A stretch of 63,992 bases of DNA, filler included, from an uncultured Methanosarcinales archaeon (GTDB lineage: Archaea > Nanobdellota > Nanobdellia > Woesearchaeales > CALCXY01), in NCBI GenBank assembly GCA_964385185.1. It is 4 parts of 4 records of this genome, joined end to end, with 100 filler letters (N's around TTAATTAATTAA, not from the genome) between each part and the next. Parts side by side here need not be neighbours in the genome. Positions count along the whole stretch, not along the records: positions 26,178 to 50,852 come from CAYLOA010000016.1; 3 more parts are not named here. One strand, written 5' to 3'. The notes under the pieces are model-generated. The model did not search any database. It was not told the origin of the DNA and saw only the letters and a list, made by a program, of their open reading frames with translations. Both the position numbers and the translations under genes were made by a program. This document shows positions 30,529 through 40,343 of this stretch, one piece after another (positions within the stretch are counted from its first letter, which is position 1; each line of letters begins with the position of its first letter).

Positions 30529-30906
30529 ATGGAAATAACCTGCTGCCCAATTGAAACTGCTTTTAACTATTTAGGTAAAAAGTGGAGCGTGAATATTATA
30601 CGAGATATGTTTAGAGGCAAAAAGAAGTTTTCTGAGTTTTTGAAAGCTAATCCTGATTTGAGTACTAAGATGTTATCCGCTCGGCTTAAGGATTTGGAGA
30701 AAGATGGATTTATTTCGAAGGATATTGTGAGTAAGAGTCCTATTTCTGTTGAATATCATTTGACTAAAAGAGGAAGAGGATTGAATAAAGTTCTCTTTGA
30801 GGCTTCCGTGTTTAGTATTAAACATTGTCGGGGAGAGGTTTGTAAAAAAGCTGAAGGTAAAGAAGAGGAGTTTATGAAAGCGTTAGGGAAAGTTTTTGGT
30901 GTTTAG
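30529..30906 (+). CDS. HxlR-family winged-helix regulator
   Basis: CCPIE..LGKKWS, LSARLKDLE, VEYHLTKRG. Confidence 0.9.
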   Translation: MEITCCPIETAFNYLGKKWSVNIIRDMFRGKKKFSEFLKANPDLSTKMLSARLKDLEKDGFISKDIVSKSPISVEYHLTKRGRGLNKVLFEASVFSIKHCRGEVCKKAEGKEEEFMKALGKVFGV

Positions 30907-31574
30907 TTAATCGTTGTCCCTTTGAATTCTTTATTTTCTAAGAAGTTTTGTAGGTTTTTAAGATCAGGGCCGAGAATGGTAACTTTTAGTTGTAGAGTAG
31001 TTGCTTCTTTTGTTGCAATAGGATCAAAAGGGGCATTAAGTCCTGGAGACCATTCTTCACCGACGATAGCTTGGAGTTCTGGCCAAGTCATTTTGTCTAT
31101 AGGAGTTGCGTCTTTATGTTTACTTGGATCTTTATCATAGACTTGGTCAACATTGGTGAGATTGATGATATTCTTGATCCCTAAGTTCTTTGCCAACAAT
31201 ACTGCATCATAATCTGTAGAACATCCTGGTTTCCACCCTGCTCCAATTAAAATAGGATGTTTCCACTCAAATTTCTTTGTGGGATCTTTTACAATCTCTG
31301 GACGAGCATGATCTTTGAAAATATCACGCATTAACTGAGCATTTAATCTTGTTGTGTGTATTCCAATCCAATCCTGATCATGTTGGGATATTTTTGCAAT
31401 TTTTTCAGCAGCCTCCATGTAGAGACGTGCTGTTTTTCCACCACCTGTAATAATTGCAACACGATTGTTGCCTTTGATGTAGTTGATAATTAAAGAGTGA
31501 AATTTCTTGAGAAAAGGAATGTTAATATCATCAGGAACTATTAATGATCCGCCTAGTGATATTATGATGTCCAT
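30903..31574 (-). CDS. pyrH: UMP kinase (archaeal type)
   Basis: ISLGGS, GGGKTAR, PGCSTD, NVDQVYDKDP, PFDPIA. Confidence 0.93.
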   Translation of the reverse strand: MDIIISLGGSLIVPDDINIPFLKKFHSLIINYIKGNNRVAIITGGGKTARLYMEAAEKIAKISQHDQDWIGIHTTRLNAQLMRDIFKDHARPEIVKDPTKKFEWKHPILIGAGWKPGCSTDYDAVLLAKNLGIKNIINLTNVDQVYDKDPSKHKDATPIDKMTWPELQAIVGEEWSPGLNAPFDPIATKEATTLQLKVTILGPDLKNLQNFLENKEFKGTTIN

Positions 31575-31575
31575 T

Positions 31576-31923
31576 TTATGATCCAATTCCAATAAATGCT
31601 ATACCGATTATAATTAATACGACAGCTAACCACTTAAATTTATTCATTTTTTCATTTAACATCCAGATGCTGAGAAATGATACCCAAATATAAATGGTTG
31701 CAACTAATGGATATAATACTGATAATTCTCCCCCTTTTAGAGCTGGGATAAACATAGCTGTTCCTATTACATAGAAAAATAATCCCGCTATAAAATTTGG
31801 ATTGGTTAATGATTTAAAATTGAGATGCATTGCGCCTGAAGCTCTTTTTAGGAAAATAGGTCCGAATGATCCCAAGAGAGTTGATGCGAGTACTAAACCA
31901 ATTGCCCAGAGTTCTGTTGTCAT
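31576..31923 (-). CDS. Small DMT/EamA-family 4-TM protein (ArnE/F-like)
   Basis: GELSVLYPL..YIW. Confidence 0.8.
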   Translation of the reverse strand: MTTELWAIGLVLASTLLGSFGPIFLKRASGAMHLNFKSLTNPNFIAGLFFYVIGTAMFIPALKGGELSVLYPLVATIYIWVSFLSIWMLNEKMNKFKWLAVVLIIIGIAFIGIGS

Positions 31924-32309
31924 GTGACAATCACCTCTAACTCTGGTTCTGGATTGTCTTTTGAGCCGAAGCCCATGGCAATGACTCCACCGATGATGAT
32001 TGCGATTCCTACAATTTTGTAGACATTGATCGTCTCTTTGAATATCCAGACAGACAAAATAGTTACCCAGATGTAGGATGTTGAGATAATAGGGTAGAGT
32101 ATGGATAGATCTGCTCCTTTTAATGCTTTGATGAGGATAGCTGCTCCAATTGCATAGAGTCCTAGACCTATTCCGATATGGTAATTGGTAATGATTCCCA
32201 TTGGTGTGAAAACAAGTCGGTCAGCTCCTAGCTTGTAGAATATTTGAGCAATTGATGTAAATAATGTGCAGAACAGAATAAGAATAATTGATTTGTATAC
32301 TTTGTTCAT
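31920..32309 (-). CDS. Small DMT/EamA-family 4-TM protein (ArnE/F-like)
   Basis: ADLSILYPIISTSYIW. Confidence 0.8.
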   Translation of the reverse strand: MNKVYKSIILILFCTLFTSIAQIFYKLGADRLVFTPMGIITNYHIGIGLGLYAIGAAILIKALKGADLSILYPIISTSYIWVTILSVWIFKETINVYKIVGIAIIIGGVIAMGFGSKDNPEPELEVIVT

Positions 32310-32381
32310 ACTTATGGGGTGAGATTGATTCTTTATAAATCTTAGTAATAAAAATCGATAGAAATAAGATTTACAGAGTAT

Positions 32382-33317
32382 TTAGCAATATGCTGTCTTG
32401 ATTGCCTTGAAGATTTTTGAAAAGCAAGCTTTTCTGATGTTAAAGTGTTTAGGATAATATAAAAAACCAAGATGTGATTCTAATTCAATAACGTAGGGTT
32501 TTTGATCTTTGTCTACAATAAAATCTATTGAATAAATGCTTGGTTTAAGTTTTGCAAATTTTTGTGCTATTCCCTTTTGAATTTTTATAATATCTTCTGG
32601 TATTTTGTTATTAGGAATGAATATTTTTCTAGCACCTTGTGCACAGTTTCCTTTGATGGAACCTTTTGGAGGAATTCTTACATATGCATGATGTAGTTTT
32701 CCATTGACGAGGATTAATCGTAAATCATGTCTTCCTTTTATTCCTAAAGCTGGAATTCCCTGTGTAGTGTCTATTAGTGGTTGGACAATATTTCCTTTTT
32801 TAATTTTAGGTATTCTTTTTGGTGTAATCTTTCTGATCCCGATACCTCTAATACCAAATCTTGGTTTTAAGATTGCCCTATTTCCAAATTTCTTAAGTGC
32901 ACGTTTAGCTTCTCTCTTATTTTTGACTAAGATAGTGGGGATGGCATTCTTTTTTGGAAGAAATTTGTAGGTTGCGAATTTATCACAACAGATTTTATCT
33001 AATTCTAAACGATTAATTATTTTTGCTGTTTTTTGTAGCTTCCTCATAAAGGGAAGTCTTTTAGGATTAATTGAAAAATAGATGTATGCCAGTTTGAATT
33101 TAATATCGTATACTTTTTTCCATTTACCTTTTTCTAATGTGTAAGCTTTCTCTAGAACTTTACCATCACACCAACTTCTATGAGCGACAAAAATCTTAAT
33201 CCCTTCTTTTTTTGCTGCTTGAGAGAAGGCTTTATGAAATCTTGTCCATAGATTGGTTCTGCCTGGGGATCTCTTAGACCAATCTTCTGTCCAAGTGAGT
33301 AGTGCTAGGTTTTTCAT
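32382..33317 (-). CDS. ATP-grasp ligase (RimK-like)
   Basis: DKFAT, ILKPRFGIRGIG, HDLRL, IDFIVD..VIELES. Confidence 0.8.
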   Translation of the reverse strand: MKNLALLTWTEDWSKRSPGRTNLWTRFHKAFSQAAKKEGIKIFVAHRSWCDGKVLEKAYTLEKGKWKKVYDIKFKLAYIYFSINPKRLPFMRKLQKTAKIINRLELDKICCDKFATYKFLPKKNAIPTILVKNKREAKRALKKFGNRAILKPRFGIRGIGIRKITPKRIPKIKKGNIVQPLIDTTQGIPALGIKGRHDLRLILVNGKLHHAYVRIPPKGSIKGNCAQGARKIFIPNNKIPEDIIKIQKGIAQKFAKLKPSIYSIDFIVDKDQKPYVIELESHLGFLYYPKHFNIRKACFSKIFKAIKTAYC

Positions 33318-34249
33318 TTTATAAGTTTAACAAGCTCATTTATAATTGCTTGTATAAAAGCTCTTTGCTTATTTTTTGATGAGGGTGATTTGTATGCTGA
33401 ATCTATGACGGGCGTTGATTCGAGCTCTGAAAGAATAGGATTAGTACCATTTTCATACAGAAAATCTGCAGAGTACACTCGTGGGCCATACTTACTTAAT
33501 TTGTCGTCTATATTCTTTATAATTTTTTTTACTTTATTTGGAACTCTATCAACGTGTGTGACGGTTCCACCTAAAGCAATGTTGGCAACTAATCCTTCCT
33601 TTGGTTTTCTTACATATGCATGAAGAATTTTTCCTGAGAGTACGATGACTCTGAAGTCGTGGACTCCAGTTATATTCAATTCCTTTATTCCTTTAGAAGT
33701 GTCAATAAATCTTTGGACTAGTTTTCTTGATCGGATTATGGGTAAGTTGTCTTTCGATCTAATTTGGACCCCTTTGCCCATAATTCCTGATTTGGGTTTG
33801 ATGACTATTTTTTCTGATGGTAATTTTTTAGCTAGATTTCTTAGTTCCTCATTTGTTGTAACGAGAAATGAAGGTACCATATATTTTTGGAAGATTTTTG
33901 TTGTTTTGAATTTGTCCCAACAGATATTATTGAGATAAGGATTATTGAGTAATGGAGTTTTAGCATGCATTGCTGTTTTGACTATCTTCCACGTTTTACT
34001 GTTCCATGTTCTATCTAGAATGACTTCTATTTTTTGATTCTTGATTTTTATGTTCTTCTTTCCAAGAGTTATTGCTTCTGTGAAAGATTTATCTTTGTAG
34101 TTTATCTGTCTGCCAAGAACTACATTGTATCCTTTTTTATTAGCAAGAGTTCCTAGAAGATTATAAGCATCTAATGTTTGCTGCTCTTTTTTAGTCGTTG
34201 GATGGAGCCAACGAGGATATTTTAACCAGAGAACGCCGAGCGTTTTCAT
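33314..34249 (-). CDS. ATP-grasp ligase (RimK-like)
   Basis: WDKF, VIKPKSGIMGKG, HDFRV, ANIALGG, ADF..SELESTP. Confidence 0.8.
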   Translation of the reverse strand: MKTLGVLWLKYPRWLHPTTKKEQQTLDAYNLLGTLANKKGYNVVLGRQINYKDKSFTEAITLGKKNIKIKNQKIEVILDRTWNSKTWKIVKTAMHAKTPLLNNPYLNNICWDKFKTTKIFQKYMVPSFLVTTNEELRNLAKKLPSEKIVIKPKSGIMGKGVQIRSKDNLPIIRSRKLVQRFIDTSKGIKELNITGVHDFRVIVLSGKILHAYVRKPKEGLVANIALGGTVTHVDRVPNKVKKIIKNIDDKLSKYGPRVYSADFLYENGTNPILSELESTPVIDSAYKSPSSKNKQRAFIQAIINELVKLIK

Positions 34250-34255
34250 TTGAAA

Positions 34256-35311
34256 TTATTCTTCACCCATCGGGTGCCACATTACTTTTTGTAATTTTGG
34301 CTTATCTGGAGTTAGAATATACTTGTAATTACTCTTAGACATTTCTTTTGCTTTTACTTCCATTGCCCTTGTAATTTTTTCTGATATACCTTTGATCTTG
34401 TCTTCTAGTTCTTTTTCAACTGCTGCACCATATCCACCTTGGTAGATATTGGTAACTTTGTTAGGGGAGACTCTTTTTACAGCTCCTGCGTATTTACCAT
34501 TGATCACAAACACTCGTAAATCCCAGTATTTGTTCTTATCGACTTTTTTCATAGTAATTCTTCTTTGTACCATAAATCCTGGGCCGATTTTTACATTAGG
34601 TGGCATTCTTGGAGTATTCATTACTTTAACAAATCTTCCTAGTGAGTTTCCTAATGGTTTTACGACATATCCGTTTTTGAATAACTTCTTATTTGTCTTT
34701 AGGATGTGTCTTAGTTCATCATTACTATTCACTAAGAAATATTCTGGAATGTTAATACCCTTTACGTCTTCTACTGATTCATAGCATTTATGCTTAAACC
34801 AGCAGAGATCTCGAACAGCCATAGTATTTATGACATTTACTCCTTCTTGCTCGAATTCTGGGTTTAATTGGAAGTAATTTCTGAATATAATGTCAGGTTT
34901 TACCTTTTTTCGACTTGAATTAAGAACATATGAGTTTCCACCGCCTTTTTGGAAGTTGGTTAATGTTAATTTTATGAAATTATGATCGAGAAAAAATGAT
35001 CTTGCAACTCTTAGATTTGAGTCCATATAACAGATATGAATGTCTTTTTTAACAAACTCCGTGAGCTTATGTGCTAGGTAGTGTGCCTTGTGGCCAGATT
35101 CCCAGTACTTTTTCTTAACGAACATGCAAAAGTTCTTCCCAGGCAAGGTATTGATGTATTTAGCTATCTTCTTGACAGTGGTAGGATCTCCGTAGATCTT
35201 CTCATATTCTTCATGGACTGTTGAAGCGGAATTTGCCTCTAAGAACCAAGGTTTTCCACTTTTATCAAATATAAAGTCCAATCCTGCAATTGGATAGTAT
35301 TCCATTTTCAT
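34256..35311 (-). CDS. Circularly permuted ATP-grasp protein
   Basis: N-terminal GLDFIFDKSGKPWFLEANS; VVKPLGNSLG, WDLRVFV, TNIYQGG later. Confidence 0.75.
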   Translation of the reverse strand: MKMEYYPIAGLDFIFDKSGKPWFLEANSASTVHEEYEKIYGDPTTVKKIAKYINTLPGKNFCMFVKKKYWESGHKAHYLAHKLTEFVKKDIHICYMDSNLRVARSFFLDHNFIKLTLTNFQKGGGNSYVLNSSRKKVKPDIIFRNYFQLNPEFEQEGVNVINTMAVRDLCWFKHKCYESVEDVKGINIPEYFLVNSNDELRHILKTNKKLFKNGYVVKPLGNSLGRFVKVMNTPRMPPNVKIGPGFMVQRRITMKKVDKNKYWDLRVFVINGKYAGAVKRVSPNKVTNIYQGGYGAAVEKELEDKIKGISEKITRAMEVKAKEMSKSNYKYILTPDKPKLQKVMWHPMGEE

Positions 35312-35492
35312 TATAATTGGAACCTCGGAACCCTTTTTAAATGTTTTGTTATTTTAGGTTAGAATTGGGGTTTTTAATTATTGGTTTATTTAAAGTAAAC
35401 AGGCGTTTTTTGGGTAGAAATTGTGTATTTTATTTATATATAGACCCTAGAATTGGTTGTATGATCAAAATGTCTCACTTTTAATTTGTAAT

Positions 35493-37241
35493 TTAATCTT
35501 CAAGTAGAATTTGCATCATTGCTGCGAAGGCTGGTCTTGAAATGAATACTCCAAATGAGACTCCAGCAATTGTGGTGAGTGCGAATCCTTTCAGAAGACC
35601 TGCACCTGCGAATAATAATGGAACCATAGCCATAACAGTTGTTAAATAGGCTCCCATAATGATAAAAAATGCGTTTTTGATCTTTGTTTTCCAATTTTGA
35701 AATTGTTGCTCCTTTCTTAATGTCTCATCAACAATGATGATCTGATGATCGGCTGAAGTTCCTACAGCAATAATGATTCCTGCAATTGCTGCTAGATCTA
35801 GATTCCAACCTACGATGGCTGCAAATCCTAACAGTAAGATTAATTCTGAGGCCATGGTCACAATAACGGGAATTGCTACACTTAACTTTCTATATCTGAT
35901 AAATAACATGGACGCTACTGCCAATATTGCCAAAACTCCTACAAACCAGGCATTTTTGATAAATTCTGGTCCTAATAAGGGTGAGATAGAGTCTGATTTT
36001 ACGATTGTTAATTTGACTGGGAGTGAACCGGTAATGAGGATGGTTTGCATTCTTTTCATAGCTTCTAGTGCATTTTGTGATGCTAGAGCGTCTGTCTGTC
36101 CGAATCCTGGACCGGTTATGGAAATTTCAGGGACAGATCTTCCTTTTAGTTCAGCACCAATGTTTAATGCGTCTACTAATTGATCGTCTAGTAATAAGTC
36201 AATTTGCTTTGATAAGTATTGATTTTGTCGTGATAATGCGTTTCCGTGCTCGTCTATAGTTAACACTTCTAATAGAGCAGTTGCATCTGCCTGTCTTTGC
36301 GCTGCTTCTGGAGTTAATGATATTGAGAATCTAAATCTACATTGCCAGGATCCATCTGGGACAGGGCCACAACCGCTTGCCGGATCAATTCCTGAACAAT
36401 CTGCTGATCGACATACATAGGTAATGTCTTGGCCGCCTCGGAATACGGTTGTATTTCCAATCTTTGCTTCGAATTTTCCTTGTTTTGAGAGTAAATCTTG
36501 TACTTCTTCTTCGTTTGCACCGGCAATTTCTACGACGATGAATTGATTTCCTGATAGGTCACGTGCTGATCTGAGGATGACATCGGAGAGACCAAAGACG
36601 TTTAGTCTTTGCTCCATGTTTGCGATTAGTAAGTCTAATGTTTCTTTATCTACCTCTTCTTCTGGTTGTAATAATACTCTTGTTCCTCCTTGGAGGTCTA
36701 ATCCTTTTCGGATGTTTGTAGAGGGTGCAGGAGCAACTCTAATTCCTAAGTCTTCTACACCAAGAAATTTAGTTTCTGTCTTTTTTCTTGTAATTAATTC
36801 TGGGATTACTTTTGTGATATTTTGTAGTGTGCCGTTTATTTCTACTTCTTCTTGGATAGTTTTGTTTATCGTGATCGTTTCTGTTTCATTTAGTGTGATG
36901 GTGGAGGTAATAGGCCTCACTTGGAGGATGTAGGTTCCCCTGTTTGTTTGGATCGTTACTTGTTGGTCTGGCTTTAATTTTGCAGTAGCTTCATCAAAGG
37001 CTTCTAAGTCGTTAATTTTTACATTGTTAATTGCTATTAGATTTTCTTTTGACAATGGAGGGGCTGTCGGTTTCGGAGGGACAATTCCTGCCACTTGAGC
37101 GGAAGAGTTTGTTGCAACCGACCGAATCATTAGTCCTTCTGGATTTGGGTGGGGGTTTATTGCAACAATAGCTAAGATTACAAATAATAAAAGAGTGATT
37201 ACTCTCCAATTCTTTGCAATTTTCTTCAACTTATATTTCAT
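35493..37241 (-). CDS. secD: Protein translocase subunit SecD
   Basis: KGLDLQGG, TGSLP, AIAGIIIAVGT, LKGFA. Confidence 0.92.
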   Translation of the reverse strand: MKYKLKKIAKNWRVITLLLFVILAIVAINPHPNPEGLMIRSVATNSSAQVAGIVPPKPTAPPLSKENLIAINNVKINDLEAFDEATAKLKPDQQVTIQTNRGTYILQVRPITSTITLNETETITINKTIQEEVEINGTLQNITKVIPELITRKKTETKFLGVEDLGIRVAPAPSTNIRKGLDLQGGTRVLLQPEEEVDKETLDLLIANMEQRLNVFGLSDVILRSARDLSGNQFIVVEIAGANEEEVQDLLSKQGKFEAKIGNTTVFRGGQDITYVCRSADCSGIDPASGCGPVPDGSWQCRFRFSISLTPEAAQRQADATALLEVLTIDEHGNALSRQNQYLSKQIDLLLDDQLVDALNIGAELKGRSVPEISITGPGFGQTDALASQNALEAMKRMQTILITGSLPVKLTIVKSDSISPLLGPEFIKNAWFVGVLAILAVASMLFIRYRKLSVAIPVIVTMASELILLLGFAAIVGWNLDLAAIAGIIIAVGTSADHQIIIVDETLRKEQQFQNWKTKIKNAFFIIMGAYLTTVMAMVPLLFAGAGLLKGFALTTIAGVSFGVFISRPAFAAMMQILLED

Positions 37242-38271
37242 GTTGACCCTCTTTCTTTTCCATGTATAATCTTAGGATTCCCATATTCTGGAACCATGTG
37301 AAAATTAAATCGAAAACTAAACCTATGAATAAGATTGTCATTATTTGTGAGATTACTGCTGAATCTGAGAAGATTAATGCTACTATGATAGCTACTAACG
37401 TTGTGCATGACATCATTAATCCTGTTTTTAGCGACGAGAAAATTCTTTCATTCATAGAAAGATCTTTTCTTCTCAACATTCTTGTTGATAGAAGCATGTC
37501 GGTATCCACTGAATATCCGATAAGCATTAAGAATGCTGCAATACCTGCAGTTGAGAGTTTGATGTTGAGAAGATTGACTACTGCTAACGTTGCAATGATA
37601 TCTGAAACGACTGCAAGGATAACAATACCTGCAGGGACTAATTTTCTGAAATAAATTAAGACGACTAACGCCATAAATAGAAATGCAAAAATCATTGCAC
37701 GGAATGTTTCTTTGAAAAATGATGAACCTAGAGATGAGCCAATTGCTTCTAGGGTGTAATCTCCTTGCACAAGTGGAATGCCTGTTGATTTTCTAACGGA
37801 TTCTAGGAATTGATTAATCTTATCTTGTTGTGTGGTATCTAAGTCTGCATCCAATGTGAATCCTATAAAGGCTCCTGATGAAGTGAGTTCTCTTGCGTTA
37901 ATATCCAACTCTGGAAATTGTTGAGATAGGTCACTTGTGAGGTCGTCAATGTTGAATTCTGTGTCTGTTGGAACGGTTAACGTGATTCCTCCTTTTAATG
38001 AGACACCTTTGTTTAGAAAGTCTCCTGTTGTTGCTGCTTGGAAACCGATTTGTAGAATTGCTAAGATTAGGATGATATTTGGGATGATGAGAAGTTTTTT
38101 GTAGTTATTTATGTAGTATTTTTTTATTTTATCTAGAATAGGTGTTGTGTCTTTTTGAATTTCTGGTTGAGGTTCTACTTTAGGTTCTTCTTTAATTACT
38201 TCTGGTTCAGTTCTATGAATATGCACTTCTTGCGGTTGTTCGTCAGAATCCTGCTTAATCTGTTCATCCAT
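37231..38271 (-). CDS. secF: Protein translocase subunit SecF
   Basis: GVSLKGG, LMLIGYSVDTD. Confidence 0.92.
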   Translation of the reverse strand: MDEQIKQDSDEQPQEVHIHRTEPEVIKEEPKVEPQPEIQKDTTPILDKIKKYYINNYKKLLIIPNIILILAILQIGFQAATTGDFLNKGVSLKGGITLTVPTDTEFNIDDLTSDLSQQFPELDINARELTSSGAFIGFTLDADLDTTQQDKINQFLESVRKSTGIPLVQGDYTLEAIGSSLGSSFFKETFRAMIFAFLFMALVVLIYFRKLVPAGIVILAVVSDIIATLAVVNLLNIKLSTAGIAAFLMLIGYSVDTDMLLSTRMLRRKDLSMNERIFSSLKTGLMMSCTTLVAIIVALIFSDSAVISQIMTILFIGLVFDLIFTWFQNMGILRLYMEKKEGQHEI

Positions 38272-38366
38272 AGTTGGCGAGAGAGGGATATTGTTTTTAA
38301 GTGTTTCTATTAAGTTTTTATGTATGAGATATGGAAGTAATAGAATTTGAAAAAGAGGAGATTGGA

Positions 38367-38411
38367 GGCACTCTCAGAGTGCCCACTCTCGCAGTCTTAC
38401 GACTGCGAGTG
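38367..38411 (-). repeat. Double-hairpin intergenic element, copy C
   Basis: + strand GGCACTC-TCA-GAGTGCC then CACTCTCGCAGTC-TTAC-GACTGCGAGTG. Confidence 0.85.
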
Positions 38412-38460
38412 GATGGCTTCCGCATTTCAGACTTGAGATAAAACTGAGATAAAATTTGAA

Positions 38461-39057
38461 TTACTTCTTTCTTATTATAGAAATGATATGGTATGTGATT
38501 AGGACAAATAGGGCTCCTAATAGGAACCAGATGCCTACGTTTTGCCAGATTGAGGGTTGTGTGACTACAGGTTTTATTATTTGAGGTAATGCTTTAGCCA
38601 TTTCTGGGGCTGCTGAGTCGAAGGCAACCGGTGCTGCTTCGGCAATTGCTGTTTGAGTGGTTGGTGTAACTTTGTTCATAACTCCTATGATGAAGGACGC
38701 TCCTAATGCTAAAATGCCTACTGGTAAGATTGATTTTAGTTTTTCCTTTATTCCATGGGTAGATTTAGGTGCTATGATTATGTATTTGTTTGCTAATTTG
38801 TAATGATTGACTTCTTTTCCTTTTTCACTGTAGTGAAATTCATCTGCTATGACTAATTCAGCTTTAGTAAGGTGTTTTAGATTGTAATGCACGGTTGAAA
38901 GAGGGATGGATAATTTTTGGGAGAGCTCTGATTCTGTTGCTTCTTTTTCTGTTAGGTAGTCCAGGATTTTTCGGCAACTGGCGTTTTGGACGACTTGAGC
39001 TAGTTTTTGTGCTTGGTCGTCTTGTAGTGATACGAGTAGGAATGATTGTTTTGCCAT
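38461..39057 (-). CDS. ArsR-type HTH protein with two C-terminal TM segments
   Basis: CRKILDYL..TESELS..PLSTVHYNL, YSEKG. Confidence 0.8.
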   Translation of the reverse strand: MAKQSFLLVSLQDDQAQKLAQVVQNASCRKILDYLTEKEATESELSQKLSIPLSTVHYNLKHLTKAELVIADEFHYSEKGKEVNHYKLANKYIIIAPKSTHGIKEKLKSILPVGILALGASFIIGVMNKVTPTTQTAIAEAAPVAFDSAAPEMAKALPQIIKPVVTQPSIWQNVGIWFLLGALFVLITYHIISIIRKK

Positions 39058-39159
39058 ACCTCTTGAGGGTTGAATTGGTTATAAAAGAGTTTTGGTAGTT
39101 GCAATTGAGATGGAAGTTATTGCATAATGTTTAAATAATATTTTTGATTAGTATGTTGT

Positions 39160-39609
39160 ATGGGATGTGATTTATGTGGAAAAGAGAGTTCTTTGGTTGT
39201 TGCAAAAATAGAGGGCACTGAGTTGAATGTCTGTAGTGATTGTGGACAACATGGTAAAGTAATTCGAACTGTTCAAGGTATTGTTGTAACTAATACTACC
39301 CCTCAAAGTCGGGAAAGTGGTCCTGAAGTAATGCAATTAGTTGTTCAAGATTACGCTCAAAGAATTAGAGGTAAAAGGGAGAGTATGGGTTTAACTCAAG
39401 AGAAATTTGCTCAACAGTTGAATGAGAAAGAGAGTGTAATCCATCATCTTGAAGTAGGGAAAGGTGGGATGAGCTTGGATTTGGCTAGAAAGTTAGAACG
39501 GAAACTTGGAATAACACTTGTGGAGCAATATGAAGATAGTACTGAAAAAATTAAGAAAACAGATAATGTTGCTTTAACTATTGGCGACCTTATTAAGGCA
39601 AAGGAATAG
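39160..39609 (+). CDS. Archaeal MBF1 (Zn-ribbon + HTH)
   Basis: CDLCG..IEG..VCSDC; HTH GLTQEKFA; LTIGD. Confidence 0.9.
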   Translation: MGCDLCGKESSLVVAKIEGTELNVCSDCGQHGKVIRTVQGIVVTNTTPQSRESGPEVMQLVVQDYAQRIRGKRESMGLTQEKFAQQLNEKESVIHHLEVGKGGMSLDLARKLERKLGITLVEQYEDSTEKIKKTDNVALTIGDLIKAKE

Positions 39610-40297
39610 CTTCGCACTCAGGATATTCTTCTTCAAAATTTGTACAAATTTCTTTTAACAACGTATCTCTGTCTTGTAGACCATTGAAGTTTTTGTTCTC
39701 AATAGCTACGGTAGGATATTCTGATACATTGTATACCTTTTTCAGTATAGGGATGAATGGTTCTTGCTCGAATTGTCCGTCAAATGAGAAAATTAACAGT
39801 CTATCTGTGAATACTCTTTTTAGATAGGTTAAGACGGTTCCTTGATTGGTGCAATCTGCACAATCTGCGTCATTCGAGAAAAAATAGAATGCCGTGACGA
39901 TATCTCTATTACATATTTCTTGAGTTGACTTTGCTAGTATGTAGTATCTTACTTGGGAGATAATATATTGACGTTTTAGATGGGTGTATGCTTTTTCATT
40001 TATCTGAGATGATTTTACAAAATTTTCTAATTGTTTTCTCGTATCCTCGAGCTCTTGGACATTTGCTTCAAACGTTTGTTCTACCGCAGCACATGAACGA
40101 TTATCTTTGGTAAATGAGACATAGAGATATTGAGCTTGGAGCGATTCAAAGTCTATTGCTTGTTCTGTTGCTGCTTCTTGTAGAAACTTAACTCTCTCTG
40201 AAGTGAGTTGGGATCCTATTAAGATTCCAATCGTGAAAAAGCATAGTGTTAGGATGAATGCTGTAATGTGTCTCTTTACGTTTAGTTTTCTTCTCAT
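39593..40297 (-). CDS. Membrane-anchored thioredoxin-like protein
   Basis: N-terminal TM; YFFS..CADC..QG..L; YPTV. Confidence 0.6.
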   Translation of the reverse strand: MRRKLNVKRHITAFILTLCFFTIGILIGSQLTSERVKFLQEAATEQAIDFESLQAQYLYVSFTKDNRSCAAVEQTFEANVQELEDTRKQLENFVKSSQINEKAYTHLKRQYIISQVRYYILAKSTQEICNRDIVTAFYFFSNDADCADCTNQGTVLTYLKRVFTDRLLIFSFDGQFEQEPFIPILKKVYNVSEYPTVAIENKNFNGLQDRDTLLKEICTNFEEEYPECEAIPLP

Positions 40298-40343
40298 ATT
40301 AGTATCTTCAAAAATTTCCTGGTATATATTACTGTAGTATTTA

